Positions 39,070-52,201 of a stretch of 64,000 bases of DNA are shown here, one piece after another. The stretch spans positions 21,142,001 through 21,206,000 of the forward strand of contig OX597835.1 in assembly GCA_951406725.2 (NCBI GenBank). The letters run 5' to 3'. The position numbers and the translations under genes are program-made. The notes under the pieces were generated by a model. The model worked only from the letters and a program-made list of their open reading frames with translations, was not told where the DNA came from and did no database searches. Origin of the DNA: Octopus vulgaris (Eukaryota). Positions within the stretch are counted from its first letter, which is position 1, and every line of letters starts with the position of its first letter.

Positions 39070-41796
39070 ATGATATATATATATAATGCCAAGGACACAT
39101 TTTCCAATGGCTACTGTGAATCGGTATCAGTATACAACAAAGCCAAGGACATAACCATTGTTGGTCTTTACAGGCCTCCCCAGGCACCTCTAAAGTACTT
39201 TGAAGTGTGCCTTAGCAAAGTCAAGTCCTTCCTTCGGAAGTACCACTCCGGAAACATAATAGTGATGGGTGATTTTAACCTCCCTCATGTGAACTGGCCC
39301 ACAAATACTCCGAAGTTGGGCAAGTGCTCTACATCAGATAGGGCAGCAGCAGAACTGCTCTTTAATCTGATGGATGAGTATTTCCTGACTCAGCTAGTGC
39401 TTGAACCAACGAGACAGAATAAAACGATCTTGGATCTGGTACTGACCAATCACTCTAGCTACGTTCACAGCATTTCAGTCGAAAAAACTCTCCTCTCAGA
39501 CCACGACATGGTACTCTGCAATCTTAATTCCCGACGTATAAAAACCAAACCAGCCAATCCCACTCCATGGCACCCATTTGACAACATAAATTTCCACAAA
39601 GCGGACTGGGGAACAATCAGAAAGGATCTGTCTTCCATCGACTGGTCTTTTACTCTCAATTCCCCTCATATTGAGACCGCGTGGCAGCACTTTGAAACCA
39701 TTGTCACCGACACATGCTCTAAACACGCTCCCAAGAAATCTACTAACACAAACAGAAACCGGCTCCCTAAAAAGAAAAAAACACTCATCAGGCGCATCAA
39801 AAGACTCAACAAAAAAATCAACCAATTAAAATATTCCCACACGCAACATCCACATTCAACAACAATGAAAAGACTAGAGCTGGAAAAACTTCATCTGCAG
39901 ACTAACATGAAAACCTCCATTGAAAATCAAAGAGCTGTGGAGGAACAATGGGTAATCAAAAACATCAAACAGAACCCAAAAGTATTCTATTCTTATGCAA
40001 ATAAGCATAGAACCACTGTCTCACCTATTGGGCCATTGATTGATGAAAACGGCATTCCCCAACACGATGCTAAAGAAATGGCAGAAATACTGCAGAAACA
40101 ATATTGCTCTGTCTTCAGTGTTCCCACTGATATTGATGTGAGGGAAACGAACGAAGCTGACTCCCAACACAAAATCGCAGACATAACCTTCACTGCCACC
40201 GACATCGTAGCAGCAATAAATGAGGTCAAACATTACTCCGCTGTAGGCCCTGATAGATTTCCCGCCAGTCTCCTGAAGGAATGTAGATATCAACTTGCAG
40301 TCCCTCTGACCAACCTCTGGAGAAACTCGTTAGACGCAGGTTATATACCGAAAAAGTTTCTATCCCAGTCGGTCATCCCGGTTTTCAAACAGGGAAACAG
40401 ATCCCTCGCAGTCAACTATCGCCCAATCTCACTCACCTCCCACATCATTAAAGTGTTTGAAAGAGCGTTAAGATCAAGGATAGCTGACTTCCTGGAGACC
40501 CACAAACTCCTAAATTCAAATCAGCATGGCTTTCGCTGTGGCAGGGACTGTCTAACACAGCTCTTACACCACATTGAAGATGTACTCAAAGCCTTGGGAA
40601 CAGGTTCGAACTCTGACGTCATATATCTTGACTTCAGTAAAGCGTTCGACAGGGTAGACCATAACATCCTACTCTCAAAATTGGCAAATTTTGGAATCCG
40701 TGGAAAAGTTCTACACTGGATTCAGTATTTCCTAGCGAATAGAACACAACATGTTGTAGTTGATGGAGTCCACTCAAACCCAGCAAAAGTCACCAGCGGT
40801 GTTCCCCAGGGAACTGTTTTGGGTCCGCTACTCTTCATAATTTATGTAAACGACCTTTCCAGTGTCGTACATCACTGCAAAGTGAAAATATTCGCTGATG
40901 ACACTAAGCTCCAGCAAATCGTCAATGAAGAAGCAAACCGAACTCAACTCCAGTCTGACCTATATGCTGTGAGTCAATGGGCAGACAGAAACAAAATGCA
41001 ACTGAATGAGGGAAAATTTGAGCTGATGCATTTTGGAAGAAATTCCTCACTAAAACAACCATACTCTCTTCCTTCAGGGGAACCGCTCACAGCCTCTAAC
41101 AATATCAGAGACCTGGGTGTAATTGTTGATGACGATCTCAGTTGGAGCGCACACATCAACAAGAAGGTCGATACAGCTCGTAGGATGAGTTCCTGGATCT
41201 TAAGAACTTTCCGGTCCAGAGAACAAGGTGTCATCATACCACTTTTTTCATCCTTTGTACGGCCACACCTTGAATACTGCTGCCCACTGTGGTCTCCTCA
41301 CACAAGACAAAACATCTCCAGAATTGAGTCACCCCAGAGGGCTCTCACTAAACAAATTGAAGGCATGGCTGCTCTCGACTATTGGGATCGCCTTAAAGCC
41401 TTGAAACTTTACTCCCTCCAGCGTCGCCGTGAGCGGTACATCATTTGTACGATGTGGAAAATATACCGCCAACTTTGCCCAAACGACCTAAACATTAGCT
41501 TCAAGGTTCATCCGAGACTTGGACCACGGGCTATACGTCCCCTGCCAAATTCAAGATCACAACATACATGTACACTGCAACATAATTTCTTTTCCTCAAC
41601 AGGCCCTGCCCTATTTAACATTGTCCCGAGGGAGATCAAAGAGGAAAAGGATCCCATCAACTTCAAACAGAGTCTGGATAGATTCCTTCAAAGAATACCA
41701 GACAAGCCACCCATAATTGGATACAACTCACCCAACAAGAACTCACTACTTGAACAAAACTGGATACAACTCACCCAACAAGAACTCACTACTTGA
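39070..41796 (+). CDS. LINE ORF2 (partial APE endonuclease plus reverse transcriptase), uninterrupted
   Basis: GLYRPP, MGDFNLP, LDLVLTN, SDHD (APE); NYRPISLTS, QHGFR, YLDFSKAFDRV, GVPQGTVLGPLLF, FADDTKL, RDLGV, VRPHLEYC..WSP, SLQRRRER (RT and CR1-group C-terminus). The listed ATG comes from the flanking microsatellite. Confidence 0.93.
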   Translation: MIYIYNAKDTFSNGYCESVSVYNKAKDITIVGLYRPPQAPLKYFEVCLSKVKSFLRKYHSGNIIVMGDFNLPHVNWPTNTPKLGKCSTSDRAAAELLFNLMDEYFLTQLVLEPTRQNKTILDLVLTNHSSYVHSISVEKTLLSDHDMVLCNLNSRRIKTKPANPTPWHPFDNINFHKADWGTIRKDLSSIDWSFTLNSPHIETAWQHFETIVTDTCSKHAPKKSTNTNRNRLPKKKKTLIRRIKRLNKKINQLKYSHTQHPHSTTMKRLELEKLHLQTNMKTSIENQRAVEEQWVIKNIKQNPKVFYSYANKHRTTVSPIGPLIDENGIPQHDAKEMAEILQKQYCSVFSVPTDIDVRETNEADSQHKIADITFTATDIVAAINEVKHYSAVGPDRFPASLLKECRYQLAVPLTNLWRNSLDAGYIPKKFLSQSVIPVFKQGNRSLAVNYRPISLTSHIIKVFERALRSRIADFLETHKLLNSNQHGFRCGRDCLTQLLHHIEDVLKALGTGSNSDVIYLDFSKAFDRVDHNILLSKLANFGIRGKVLHWIQYFLANRTQHVVVDGVHSNPAKVTSGVPQGTVLGPLLFIIYVNDLSSVVHHCKVKIFADDTKLQQIVNEEANRTQLQSDLYAVSQWADRNKMQLNEGKFELMHFGRNSSLKQPYSLPSGEPLTASNNIRDLGVIVDDDLSWSAHINKKVDTARRMSSWILRTFRSREQGVIIPLFSSFVRPHLEYCCPLWSPHTRQNISRIESPQRALTKQIEGMAALDYWDRLKALKLYSLQRRRERYIICTMWKIYRQLCPNDLNISFKVHPRLGPRAIRPLPNSRSQHTCTLQHNFFSSTGPALFNIVPREIKEEKDPINFKQSLDRFLQRIPDKPPIIGYNSPNKNSLLEQNWIQLTQQELTT

Positions 41797-41903
41797 ACAA
41801 AACTTGACTTAAACAGGATTCGAATAATCCTATCAGGTGGTGCTATTAAGTTAGACATGGCCTGGACCAATCTCTGGTCGAAACATATCTAAGTTTTATC
41901 TAA

Positions 41904-41905
<2 letters not shown>
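39085..41905 (+). mobile_element. 5'-truncated CR1-group LINE inserted in (TA)n
   Basis: ORF2 plus a short 3' UTR with hairpin gacca-atctc-tggtc and tail tatctaagttttatctaagt; (TA)n on both sides. Confidence 0.93.
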
Positions 41906-41953
<48 letters not shown>

Positions 41954-42412
41954 TACATATATATGTTTATGTATGTGTATATATATACATGCATAGACGC
42001 ACGCCCGTATATGTGTATATTTGTATGCATATATGTATGAATATATATCTATGCACACATATATACACATACATATTTATATGTATGTATATATATGCAC
42101 ATGCATACGCAGAAGCGCACATATATATATATGTACGTATGTATGTATGTATGTATGTACGTATGTATGTATGTATACATAGTTGAATATAGTGCACACG
42201 TAGATGTATAGCTTAGCCTAGTTAATAACGCAATCAAAGCATATCGCCCTTTCTTCTCCATTTGACATTCATGTGACACCGCGTGCACTAATTCTATAGA
42301 GGAATATAAATAGGTATAAATGTATAAGATATGACATGTATATGACCGCGTGTCTACCGTTGGCGATTTCGTTTCCTCCGTCTTCCCTTCTCTGGATCTT
42401 TCTTTTTCCTAT

Positions 42413-42447
42413 GTTTCTGACGAAGAACTCCGCTCGAAACGTTGAAC
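42413..42447 (+). ncRNA. Minimal type-I hammerhead motif in a Penelope-like end fragment (about 42340-42550)
   Basis: gttt-CTGACGA-a-gaac-tcc-gctc-GAAA-cg-TT-gaac; canonical core with one stem II mismatch. Confidence 0.7.
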
Positions 42448-42859
42448 CCTCCTTCTTCCCTTCCTTCCTGAGCGTCCAATAATACTATATTTGTTCCACG
42501 TCCTCGCGTTGCTGTGTATTTTTTGTATTTTCATGTTTGGATTAACTTTATATATATATATATATATAATGTGCGTGTGTGTGTGTGTGTATTAAGACTG
42601 CGAGCTGGCAGCGTCAGTAGCATGCCCACCAGCATTTCGCTCGATTTACTTTCGGAGTTCAAGTCCCGCCAAAGTTGTCTTTGCCATTCGTCCTTGCGGA
42701 GTCGTTATAATTAGTACCGGGTGAATAGTGGGGTGAATATAATTAAAAAATAGCAGAATACTGGGGTCGATATAATAGACTTCCCCGTCATGCCAAACTT
42801 TGAAACCAATATAACACGTGCGCACGCGCACGCACACGCACACTCACACACATATGGAT

Positions 42860-42883
42860 ATAGAAACTGAAAGGTGCCCGTGG

Positions 42884-42918
<35 letters not shown>

Positions 42919-43155
42919 TATATGCATGTATGTATGCATGTATTTGTGTGTCTTTATTTGTCTCCCCACCATCGCTTGACAACCGATGTAGGTGTGTTTG
43001 CGTCCCCGTTACCTAGTGTTTCGGCAAAAGACACCGATAGAATAAGTACTACGCTTACAGAGAATAAGTTCTGGGGTCGATCTCTTCAACAAACACCCTT
43101 TAAGGCGGTGCTCCAGCATGGCCGCAGTTAAATGGCTGAAACAAATAAATGAGTA
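42860..43155 (+). mobile_element. SINE family B body and tail
   Basis: cgcttgacaaccgatgtaggtg...aggcggtgctccagcatggccgcag. Confidence 0.8.
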
Positions 43156-43335
43156 AATTAATAATCCAGAAATGAAGAAGAAGAAGAAGAAGAAGAAGAA
43201 GAAGAAGAAGAAGAAGAAGAAGAAGAAGAAGAAGAAGAAGAAGAAGAAGAAGAGAGGGGAACTGAGAGAGGAAGAAGAATCAACGTCACTTTTGGTCTAC
43301 AGGCTGTTCGGGATAAATTTGACAGATTGCATACA

Positions 43336-43690
43336 CTTTACTCTTTTACTTGTTTCAGTCATTTGACTGCGGCCATGCAGGAGCACCGCCTTTAGTCGAG
43401 CAAATCGACCCCGGGACTTATTCTTTGTAAGCCCGGGACTTATTCTTTGTAAGCCCAGTACTTATTCTATCGGTCTCTTTTGCCGAACCGCTAAGTGACG
43501 GGGACGTAAACACACCAGCATCGGTTGTCAAGCAATGCTAGGGGGACAAACACAGATACGCAAACATACACAGACATATATATACATATATACGACGGGC
43601 TTCTTTCAGTTTCCGTCTACCAAATCCATTCACAAGGCATTGGTTGGTCCGGGGCTATAGCAGAAGACACTTGCCCAAGATGCCGCGCAG
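43336..43690 (-). mobile_element. SINE family B, 5'-truncated, with an internal 22-bp duplication
   Basis: cccgggacttattctttgtaag is repeated in tandem at about 43410-43453. Confidence 0.87.
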
Positions 43691-44501
43691 TCTAATGGCT
43701 GAAACAAGTAAAAGATAAATGTAACTCTGTAATGCTTTATCGAGCCCCAAATGATAAACTTCAATGTCGAAATCAATGAGATTCGAACTCGGAATGCATT
43801 CTAGCCCGACGCTGTAATGTTTCTATTATTACGCCACTTTCGTTCCATATTATACATTATTATGCCGTAGAATGAGTTGTTTCCAATAAAAACTTCTTTT
43901 AATACTGCAGGAGTCTATTAATAAAGCAGCAACCGAAATATCTTTCTTGTGTTAAGTGATTAAATCCGATAGGGTTTTCTCCATCATAACTTTCCTTTTC
44001 AAGTGAAAATGTTGAACAGTGTGTTTTGAAATTATCAGAGACCGGATGAAATCTCGAACCGAATCGAGCAAACGAATAATGGGCGTATTCATACACAGAC
44101 ACATTTCTCACTTAATAATGTGTATAATTGATAAGAGATCAAAGGCAGCAAGCAAGTGTTGTAAACGATTAGACTATTGTAATTGCTTTAGGAGAGAACA
44201 AGCGAACGCATATGAGGCGAAAGGAAGCGGTGTATTGATTTGTTTGTTTGTTTTCTATGACAAAAGATGAAGAATAGCGTCGTCAGCTACAGATTTCTAG
44301 AAAGAGTATGAGGATCACTACTGATTCCCTGGATTCCTAAAATTGAAAAGGGGAGTGAAATAAGGAAGGGTCTCTAAATCGATATCGAACAAATCTATTA
44401 AGGGATTTCGTTCTTAAAGATGTAGCTGTTCATTTCATTAAAGGTTATACGCAGGATGACGGTCTATAAACATCACACAGAGATGGGGCGCGCGCACACA
44501 G

Positions 44502-44535
<34 letters not shown>

Positions 44536-44559
44536 GCACAAAGACACACACACACACAT

Positions 44560-44597
<38 letters not shown>

Positions 44598-44877
44598 GAA
44601 TATATAATTGTTCAAGAAGAACGCTGATTACCCAATCACGTAGTTTCCTGGACAATAGTTTCTACAATAGCCCCGGGTCGACATTAAGGTAGTGCTCCAT
44701 AATTACCGCAGAACAATGCTTAAATTAAATTATAGAAAAATAAAAGATATACATCATACATATTATATCCCTTAACTGTTTTAACCATTAGACTGCGGCC
44801 AGTCTGGTGCAACGATGTCAGGAATATTAGTCGAAGAATCGACCACAGTAGAAATTTGTTTCGAAACCTGGTACTTA

Positions 44878-45043
44878 GGCGCAGGAATGGCTGTGTGGTA
44901 AGTAGCTTGTTTACCAACCACATGGTTCCGGGTTCAGTCCCACTGCATCGCACCTTGGGCAAGTGTCTTCTACTATAGCCTCGGGCCAACCAAAGCCTCG
45001 TGAGTGGATGTGGTAGACGAAAACTGAAAAGAAACCTGTCGTA

Positions 45044-45091
<48 letters not shown>

Positions 45092-45313
45092 TGTGTGTGT
45101 TTGTGTCTGTGTTTGTCCCCCTAGCATTGCTTGACAACCGATGCTGGTGTGTTTATGTCCCCGTTACTTAGCAGTTCAGCAAAAGAGACCGCTCGAATAA
45201 GTACTGGGCTTACAAAAGAATAAGTCCCGGGGTCGAGTTGCTCGATTAAAGGCGGTGCTCCAGCATGGCCGCAGTCAAATGACTGAAACAAGTAAACGAG
45301 TAAAGAGTAAAGT
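44878..45313 (+). mobile_element. SINE family B, full length
   Basis: ggcgcaggaatggctgtgtggtaag...gactgaaacaagtaaacgagtaaagag. Confidence 0.9.
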
Positions 45314-45784
45314 GTTATACTAACGCTGTCTTTTCTTGAACGGGGTAAGTTGAGGGGCGCAAACACACCAACACCGGTTATCAAGAGGCGGCGGAGTACG
45401 AAGTGAGCTATAAATATACATAAACACACACACACACACACACACACACACCGCCTTTTGGCAGAAACGTTGGAGTTGTTATCCGTTTTTCCATCGAGTG
45501 AAAGAACTGATCTTTCTTTTCTGCTCTCGGCCTCCATCTTTCGCTCATCAGTCTTCTAACCAGTCAGCCATCTATCAATGTAAGAAACCTTACCTCCATC
45601 TATCTAACCATCAATCCATTTACCAATCAATCAATCAAACGTTCGATCGATCGATCGATCAACGGATTCATTTATTTATCCCATCCTCATTTCCACCCTC
45701 TCTCCATCCATCGTGCAGATATCTATCATTCCATTTATCTAAGCATCCATACATACATCCATTTCTCCATACATATATACACCC

Positions 45785-46200
45785 GGCGAGCTGGCAGAAA
45801 CGTTAGCACGTCGGGCGAAATGCTTAGCGGTATTTCGTCTGCCGTTATGTTCTGAGTTCAAATTACGCCGAGGTCGACTTTGCCTTTCATCCTTTCGGGG
45901 TCGATAAATTAAGTACCAGTTACGCACTGGGGTCGATGTAATCGACTTAATACCTATGTCTGTCCTTGTTTGTCCCCTCTGTGTTTAGCCCCTTGTGGGT
46001 AGTAAAGAAATAGGTATTTCGTCTGCCGTTACGTTGTGAATTCAAATTCCGCCGAGGTCGACTTTACCTTTCATCCTTTCGGGGTCGATAAATTAAGTAC
46101 CATTTACGCACTGGGGTCGACATAATCGACTTAATACCTATGTCTGTCCATGTTTTTCCCCTCTATGTTTAGCCTCTTGTGAGTAATAAAGAAATAGGTA
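45785..46200 (+). mobile_element. SINE family A head-to-tail dimer
   Basis: Junction aaagaaatag|gtatttcgtctg at about 46014. Confidence 0.9.
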
Positions 46201-46630
46201 TTGGTAGTGGTGGTCATGGTGGTGAGATTGATGTTGATGTAGTGGAGTTAGTGGTGCTTTGGCACTGATAATGATGATGATGGTAGTTGTTGTTGTTGTT
46301 GTTGTTGTTGTTGTGTTGGTGGTGGTGGTGGTGGTGTTGGGGTAGGTGATTCTTAGCTGTGGGAATGATACTGTTTAACCCCAAGAAGAAAAAGAAATAA
46401 TCGATCTGACATTCCAAATGTTATCATCCATTCATTTTAGGAATATTGAGGACTGCATTAACCAATTTTTTTTCTAATTTTCTTTACGACACTTGCATAG
46501 GAGTTGAGAGGGATTTGACTGCTGTTTCTAGCAGGCGTAATTACCATGTAGTTGTTTCTTCACCGAATCAAATGGAGTGATGCTGATGGCAGAGATGTGC
46601 CCGTAGAGCATACAAGGGAAAGTGGTGTTC

Positions 46631-47380
46631 GAAATGCTTAGCGGTATTTCGCCTGCCGCTACGTTCTGAGTTCAAATTCCGCCGAGGTCGACTTTGCCTT
46701 TCATCCTTTTGGGATCGATAAATTAAGTACCAGTTACGCACTGGGGTCGATATAATCGACTTAATCCGTCTGTCTGCCCTTGTTTGTCTCCTCTGTGTTT
46801 AGCCCCTTGTGGGTAGTAAAGAAATAGGTATTTCGTCTGTCGCTACGTTCTGAGTTCACATTCCGCCAATGTTGACTTTGCCTTTCATCCTTTCGGGGTC
46901 GATAAATTAAGTACCAGTTACGTACTGGGGTCGATATAATCGACTTAAAGCGTTTGTCTGACCTTGTTTGTCTCCTCTGTATTTAGCCCCTTCTGGACAG
47001 TAAAGAAATAAGTATTTCGTCTGCCGCTACGTTCTGAGTTCACATTCCGCCAAGGTCGACTTTGCCTTTCATCCTTTCGAGGTCGATAAATTAAGTACCA
47101 GTTACGCACTGGGGTCGATATAATCGACTTAATCCGTCTGTCTGCCCTTGTTTGTCTCCTCTGTGTTTAGCCCCTTGTGGGTAGTAAAGAAATAGGTATT
47201 TCGTCTGCCGCTACGTTCTGAGTTCACATTCCGCCAAGGTCGACTTTGCCTTTCATCTTTTCGGGGTCGATAAATTAAGTACCAGTTACATACTGGGGTC
47301 AATATAATCGACTTAAAGCGTTTGTCTGACCTTGTTTGTTCCCTCTGTGTGTAGCCCCTTCTGGGCAGTAAAGAAATAGG
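46631..47380 (+). mobile_element. SINE family A tetramer (ABAB), about 184-bp units
   Basis: Junctions at about 46829, 47012 and 47196; the whole array is flanked by TSD ggtgttcga (46624-46632, 47379-47387). Confidence 0.9.
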
Positions 47381-48484
47381 TGTTCGACTGTAGGTAGTTG
47401 CATTTCTACGAGTAATTTTTTTTTACTTCCAGGCCCACCCCATCATTTTTCCATCTCTCTTTGCGTTTTGTTTCTTAGTTTGTGAATTTGCACCGTTCTT
47501 TCATTCATTCTTTCATTCTCACTCCATTTCTTCCCTCTATCCAGATTACCGACCATCCATACACATTTCTATTCTTCATATTCTACTTTCTGTCTATCCT
47601 AAATCTTACTTCCAACCATCTTCCCAAATCCTGGGCTCGTTTGAGAAGACAATTCCCTCTACAATGATGGCTTTCTCGACGTGGATTGTCAATTAGAAGC
47701 CAATTAGGTAATTAAATGATGTTTCCAACAAACGTTTAGTGTTTCCTCTCTAATTTACCGGAATAATGCATTTCAATAATGCAAACCAAGAATATTTCGT
47801 ACACCCACCTTCCACATCCTTCCACCGTTTCTACACAATCTACGCGTCTAATTCCAGAATTGCATCCATTCTAACAAATAATGGCAACATGTATTAATTT
47901 GTTATTCAGTCCATCCATGCATGCATGTGGTGATACATCCATGAATCGTATACATACCAGAATATCGTTGTCATTTATGTATCTATCCATGCTCCGGTTT
48001 CCCTGAATGGATGCATGTGTGTTTGAAGCTAATGCTCCAGTACTTTTCTCTAATTACACCTGTTAATATACATAATGGTACGCAGTGTGCTTATGCACAA
48101 CTGTATGTATGTCTATTTGATTATTTAGTCAGCTATTCTAACATTCGTACACATATAATATGTTATTTCTGGAGTATACCTGTGGTTCGTTCCTACTATT
48201 GGATTAATTCACAAAAGTCAAGGCACTGACTGCATGATAGATTGTTGAGCAATTTTGATGATTAAACAGATCACTTAGATTAATCATAATGGTACTGGTG
48301 AGGATCAAGTACCCTTATGAATTATATATATATATATATATATATATATTGGTAAAAATGGTAAGATAACAAAAGAAAGAAAGAGACCTCAATATTATGT
48401 AAATAGAGGAAATTTTTTTATAAAATAATATGTTACAATTACTCAATAGTCAAGATAAAACTCTGAGTTTCAGATGTAACATAT

Positions 48485-48530
<46 letters not shown>

Positions 48531-49185
48531 GTGAATGTATGTTGGCGAAAAATACATGCATGTGAGTGTATACGTACATGTATGTGTATATATGAATGTG
48601 TATGAGAGTGTGTGTGTGTGTGCGTGTGTATGTGTATATGTGAATTAGTGTTTGTATATCTGAATGTAAAAAATTGGTATGTTTGCACGTTGGGCATATA
48701 TGTATGCGTGTATATTTGAATATATGTATGGAAGTATGGATCTATGTATTTCTGTAACTATGAATGTATGTATGCATAAATGAATATATTTACATACATA
48801 AGCATACATGCATATAGTTTAAATTATAGTGAAAAATTTACTCATGTTATGGAACAAAGTTTTCAGATCACGATATCGTATATATCTACCCATATCATGA
48901 GTGTATATGCAAATACATACATACATACATACACACACACGCACACACACACACACATACACACACACACACACACACACATGCATTCACGCCCACACCC
49001 ACATGTAAACAAATATACAATCACACATGTATATCTGCAAACATATATCTATATGCACATCCATTAACACGTAAATACAAACCGACATATATCCAATATA
49101 TCCATCCATACATACAGGAGCAGAATTATATGTATATATATATATATATATGTATATATATTCATACATATATGAAAGTGAGTAG

Positions 49186-49263
<78 letters not shown>

Positions 49264-49288
49264 TCATACATATATAAGAGTGTGTAGT

Positions 49289-49319
<31 letters not shown>

Positions 49320-49351
49320 TATGCACATATATATGTATATATTTATATATT

Positions 49352-49392
<41 letters not shown>

Positions 49393-49512
49393 TTACATGG
49401 ATATTCGTTCATGCACATTGGTCGATGAGTACCTCCTGCCACACCCATACTCAGATGTGTACGTAATGTATATATGTATGTATACATATGTAAATATATA
49501 TATATGTTTATA

Positions 49513-49551
<39 letters not shown>

Positions 49552-50559
49552 GTTATGTATATATATATAACTATATATATATAGTTATATATATATATAT
49601 AACTATATATATAGTTATATATATATATGTATATATAACTATATATATAGATATATATATATATATACGTGTGTGTGTGAGTGTATATATATATTTGTGC
49701 ATATACATATATATATATATATATACATGTGTGTATGTGTGTGTTTTAGTATTTATATACACCGTTATATTCAAATGTATAAAGATATTACGTATGTATG
49801 GGCGTATGAGGTTTTGCCTAATATATGGTATTTGTCTGCTGTACGTTGCCTTTCGTTATTTTTTCTGGTTTCTTTTGTATAACTAAGTTTTAAAAAATAT
49901 TTCACTTCTTCATAAGATAATTCATTTTCAATGAATGAATTCTCATAACAAAGCATATTCACCATATTATTTTTTTTCCTTTCATAGCTCACTGCCAAAC
50001 ATTTCAGACAGAACTAATGAGTTACGCTACATCATCTTCAATATTCTAGCTTTTCTTTTTTTTTTTTTCTGCTGCGCCTTTTCACTGCACAACCGAGCAG
50101 AGCTCTGTGTGTGCTTTGGGTACGTGCAGTTTTTTGTTTCGTTTATGCAGCTTGTATTGTAATTGTAAGTTCTACACCGTATGTGTGCAGTGTCTTGTAA
50201 CAGTATATTTCAGTAGTCTGTCTATATTTGAACAATTCCTCTCGTCTTCGTGCATAAATGTTTTTTATGAAATTCTTTAACAATTCCTATGATATTTGTT
50301 ACTATAAGGATTACGTCTGTTTTCAATTCTTACATACATTCTGGTTATATCTTCTTCCACATCTTTGTAATTTTATATCTTTGCTATTCTTTTTTTTTTT
50401 TTTCTTCATTTTTGGAGACATATTGTTTTGTCTTAAAAGTATCCCATGGATTCAAATCCTTATGCCATTTTCTTTGCCGATCGTCTTCGAGAAAGAACAT
50501 CTTTGACTTGCTTTACATTCCATGGTCCTCTATGTTGGATTGTCCAAGAATATTCGTGA

Positions 50560-50789
50560 CTTACATCGTCATCATCATCATCATCATCATCGTCGTCGTC
50601 GTCGTCATCGTCATCGTTGCCGTCGTCGTCATGGTCGTCATCATCATTATATTCGTCGTCATCATCGTCGTCGTCGACGTCGTGGAAGTAGTAGTAGTAG
50701 TAGTAGACGTGATAGTGGTGGAGTTATTGAAGTTCGTACATGTATCGTTGATGGTGTTGGTTGTAGTAGTAATAGTAGTAGCAGCAGTG

Positions 50790-50828
<39 letters not shown>

Positions 50829-50899
50829 ATAGTGGTGGAGTTATTGAAGTTCGTGCATATATCGTTGATGGTGTTGGTTGTAGTAGTAATAGTAGTAGC

Positions 50900-50933
<34 letters not shown>

Positions 50934-51011
50934 ATAGTGGTGGAGTTATTGAAGTTCGTGCATATATCGTTGATGGTGTTGGTTGTAGTAGTAATAGTAG
51001 TAGCAGCAGTG

Positions 51012-51047
<36 letters not shown>

Positions 51048-51101
51048 TTGATAGTGGTGGAGTTATTGAAGTTCGTACATGTATCGTTGATGGTGTTGGT
51101 T

Positions 51102-51158
<57 letters not shown>

Positions 51159-51390
51159 TCAGCAGCAGTAGCAACATTGCTAGTTGTAGCAGTAGTGGTG
51201 GTAGCGTTATTGAAGTTAGCATTAGTATCAGTGATGGCGTTAGTAGCGGTATCATCATCAGCAGCAGCACTAATAATAGTAGCATTGATAATGGTGGTGG
51301 CGTATCGGTGATGGTTTTGGTACTACTACTACTATTACGACTACTACTAGTAGTAGCAGCAGCAGCAGCAGCACAAGTAGTAGTGGTAGT
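50560..51390. repeat. (TCA/TCG)n and (TAG)n field containing four copies of a ~55-bp unit
   Basis: gatagtggtggagttattgaagttcgt...gttgatggtgttggttg at about 50710, 50827, 50932 and 51050, separated by variable (TAG)n. Confidence 0.9.
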
Positions 51391-51815
51391 AACGAAAGCA
51401 CACTACTTCACCTGATTTCCTGGGCCTAACAACAGGGAGCTAGTTAAGCACCAATACCGTATCTAATTACTTGGGCGGTCCATTCCAGCACACGACATTA
51501 CCACAATATTAAAGTTCAGCTTTCAATTAAAGAATTCTGAATGAGAATCAAAAAGGAAATGAAATAAAACAAAAAAAAAAAACAGTAACAAAAGAAACAA
51601 ATACCAAGAAAATCAGGTAAAAAAAAAAAAAAATGGCAAAACAAAGTAAAAACAAATGTTGTTGGTTCTCATCTTTGATTAACCATTTTTGCTGTCCTTC
51701 TGCGACAGTTTCAGTTCTAATTGAGCAATACCAGTTTGGAAACGATGTTCACTTCAATTTGGCCATACATATATGTGTCTTGAAATTTGCGTGCGTGTAG
51801 CGTGTAAATGAACGA

Positions 51816-51924
<109 letters not shown>

Positions 51925-52064
51925 TTGTGAGGGGGAGAGACAGAAAGAGAGAGAGAGGGAGGCTAGATAGATATGACAATACATATTTTACATGCGATTA
52001 TACAATGGCTTATGTATCAATTAGAGATTTACAAGTACTTTAGTTATACACACACATAAGCACA

Positions 52065-52201
<137 letters not shown>

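Noticed and set aside
43899-44460. Non-repetitive stretch with short ORFs, possible host exon
   Set aside because: No recognisable motif or consistent reading frame; cannot be supported without transcript data.
50289-51415. 340-aa and 297-aa ORFs with repeated units, superficially like a CRISPR array or repeat protein
   Set aside because: The spacers are just (TAG)n; this is a minisatellite in a eukaryotic microsatellite field with no cas genes.
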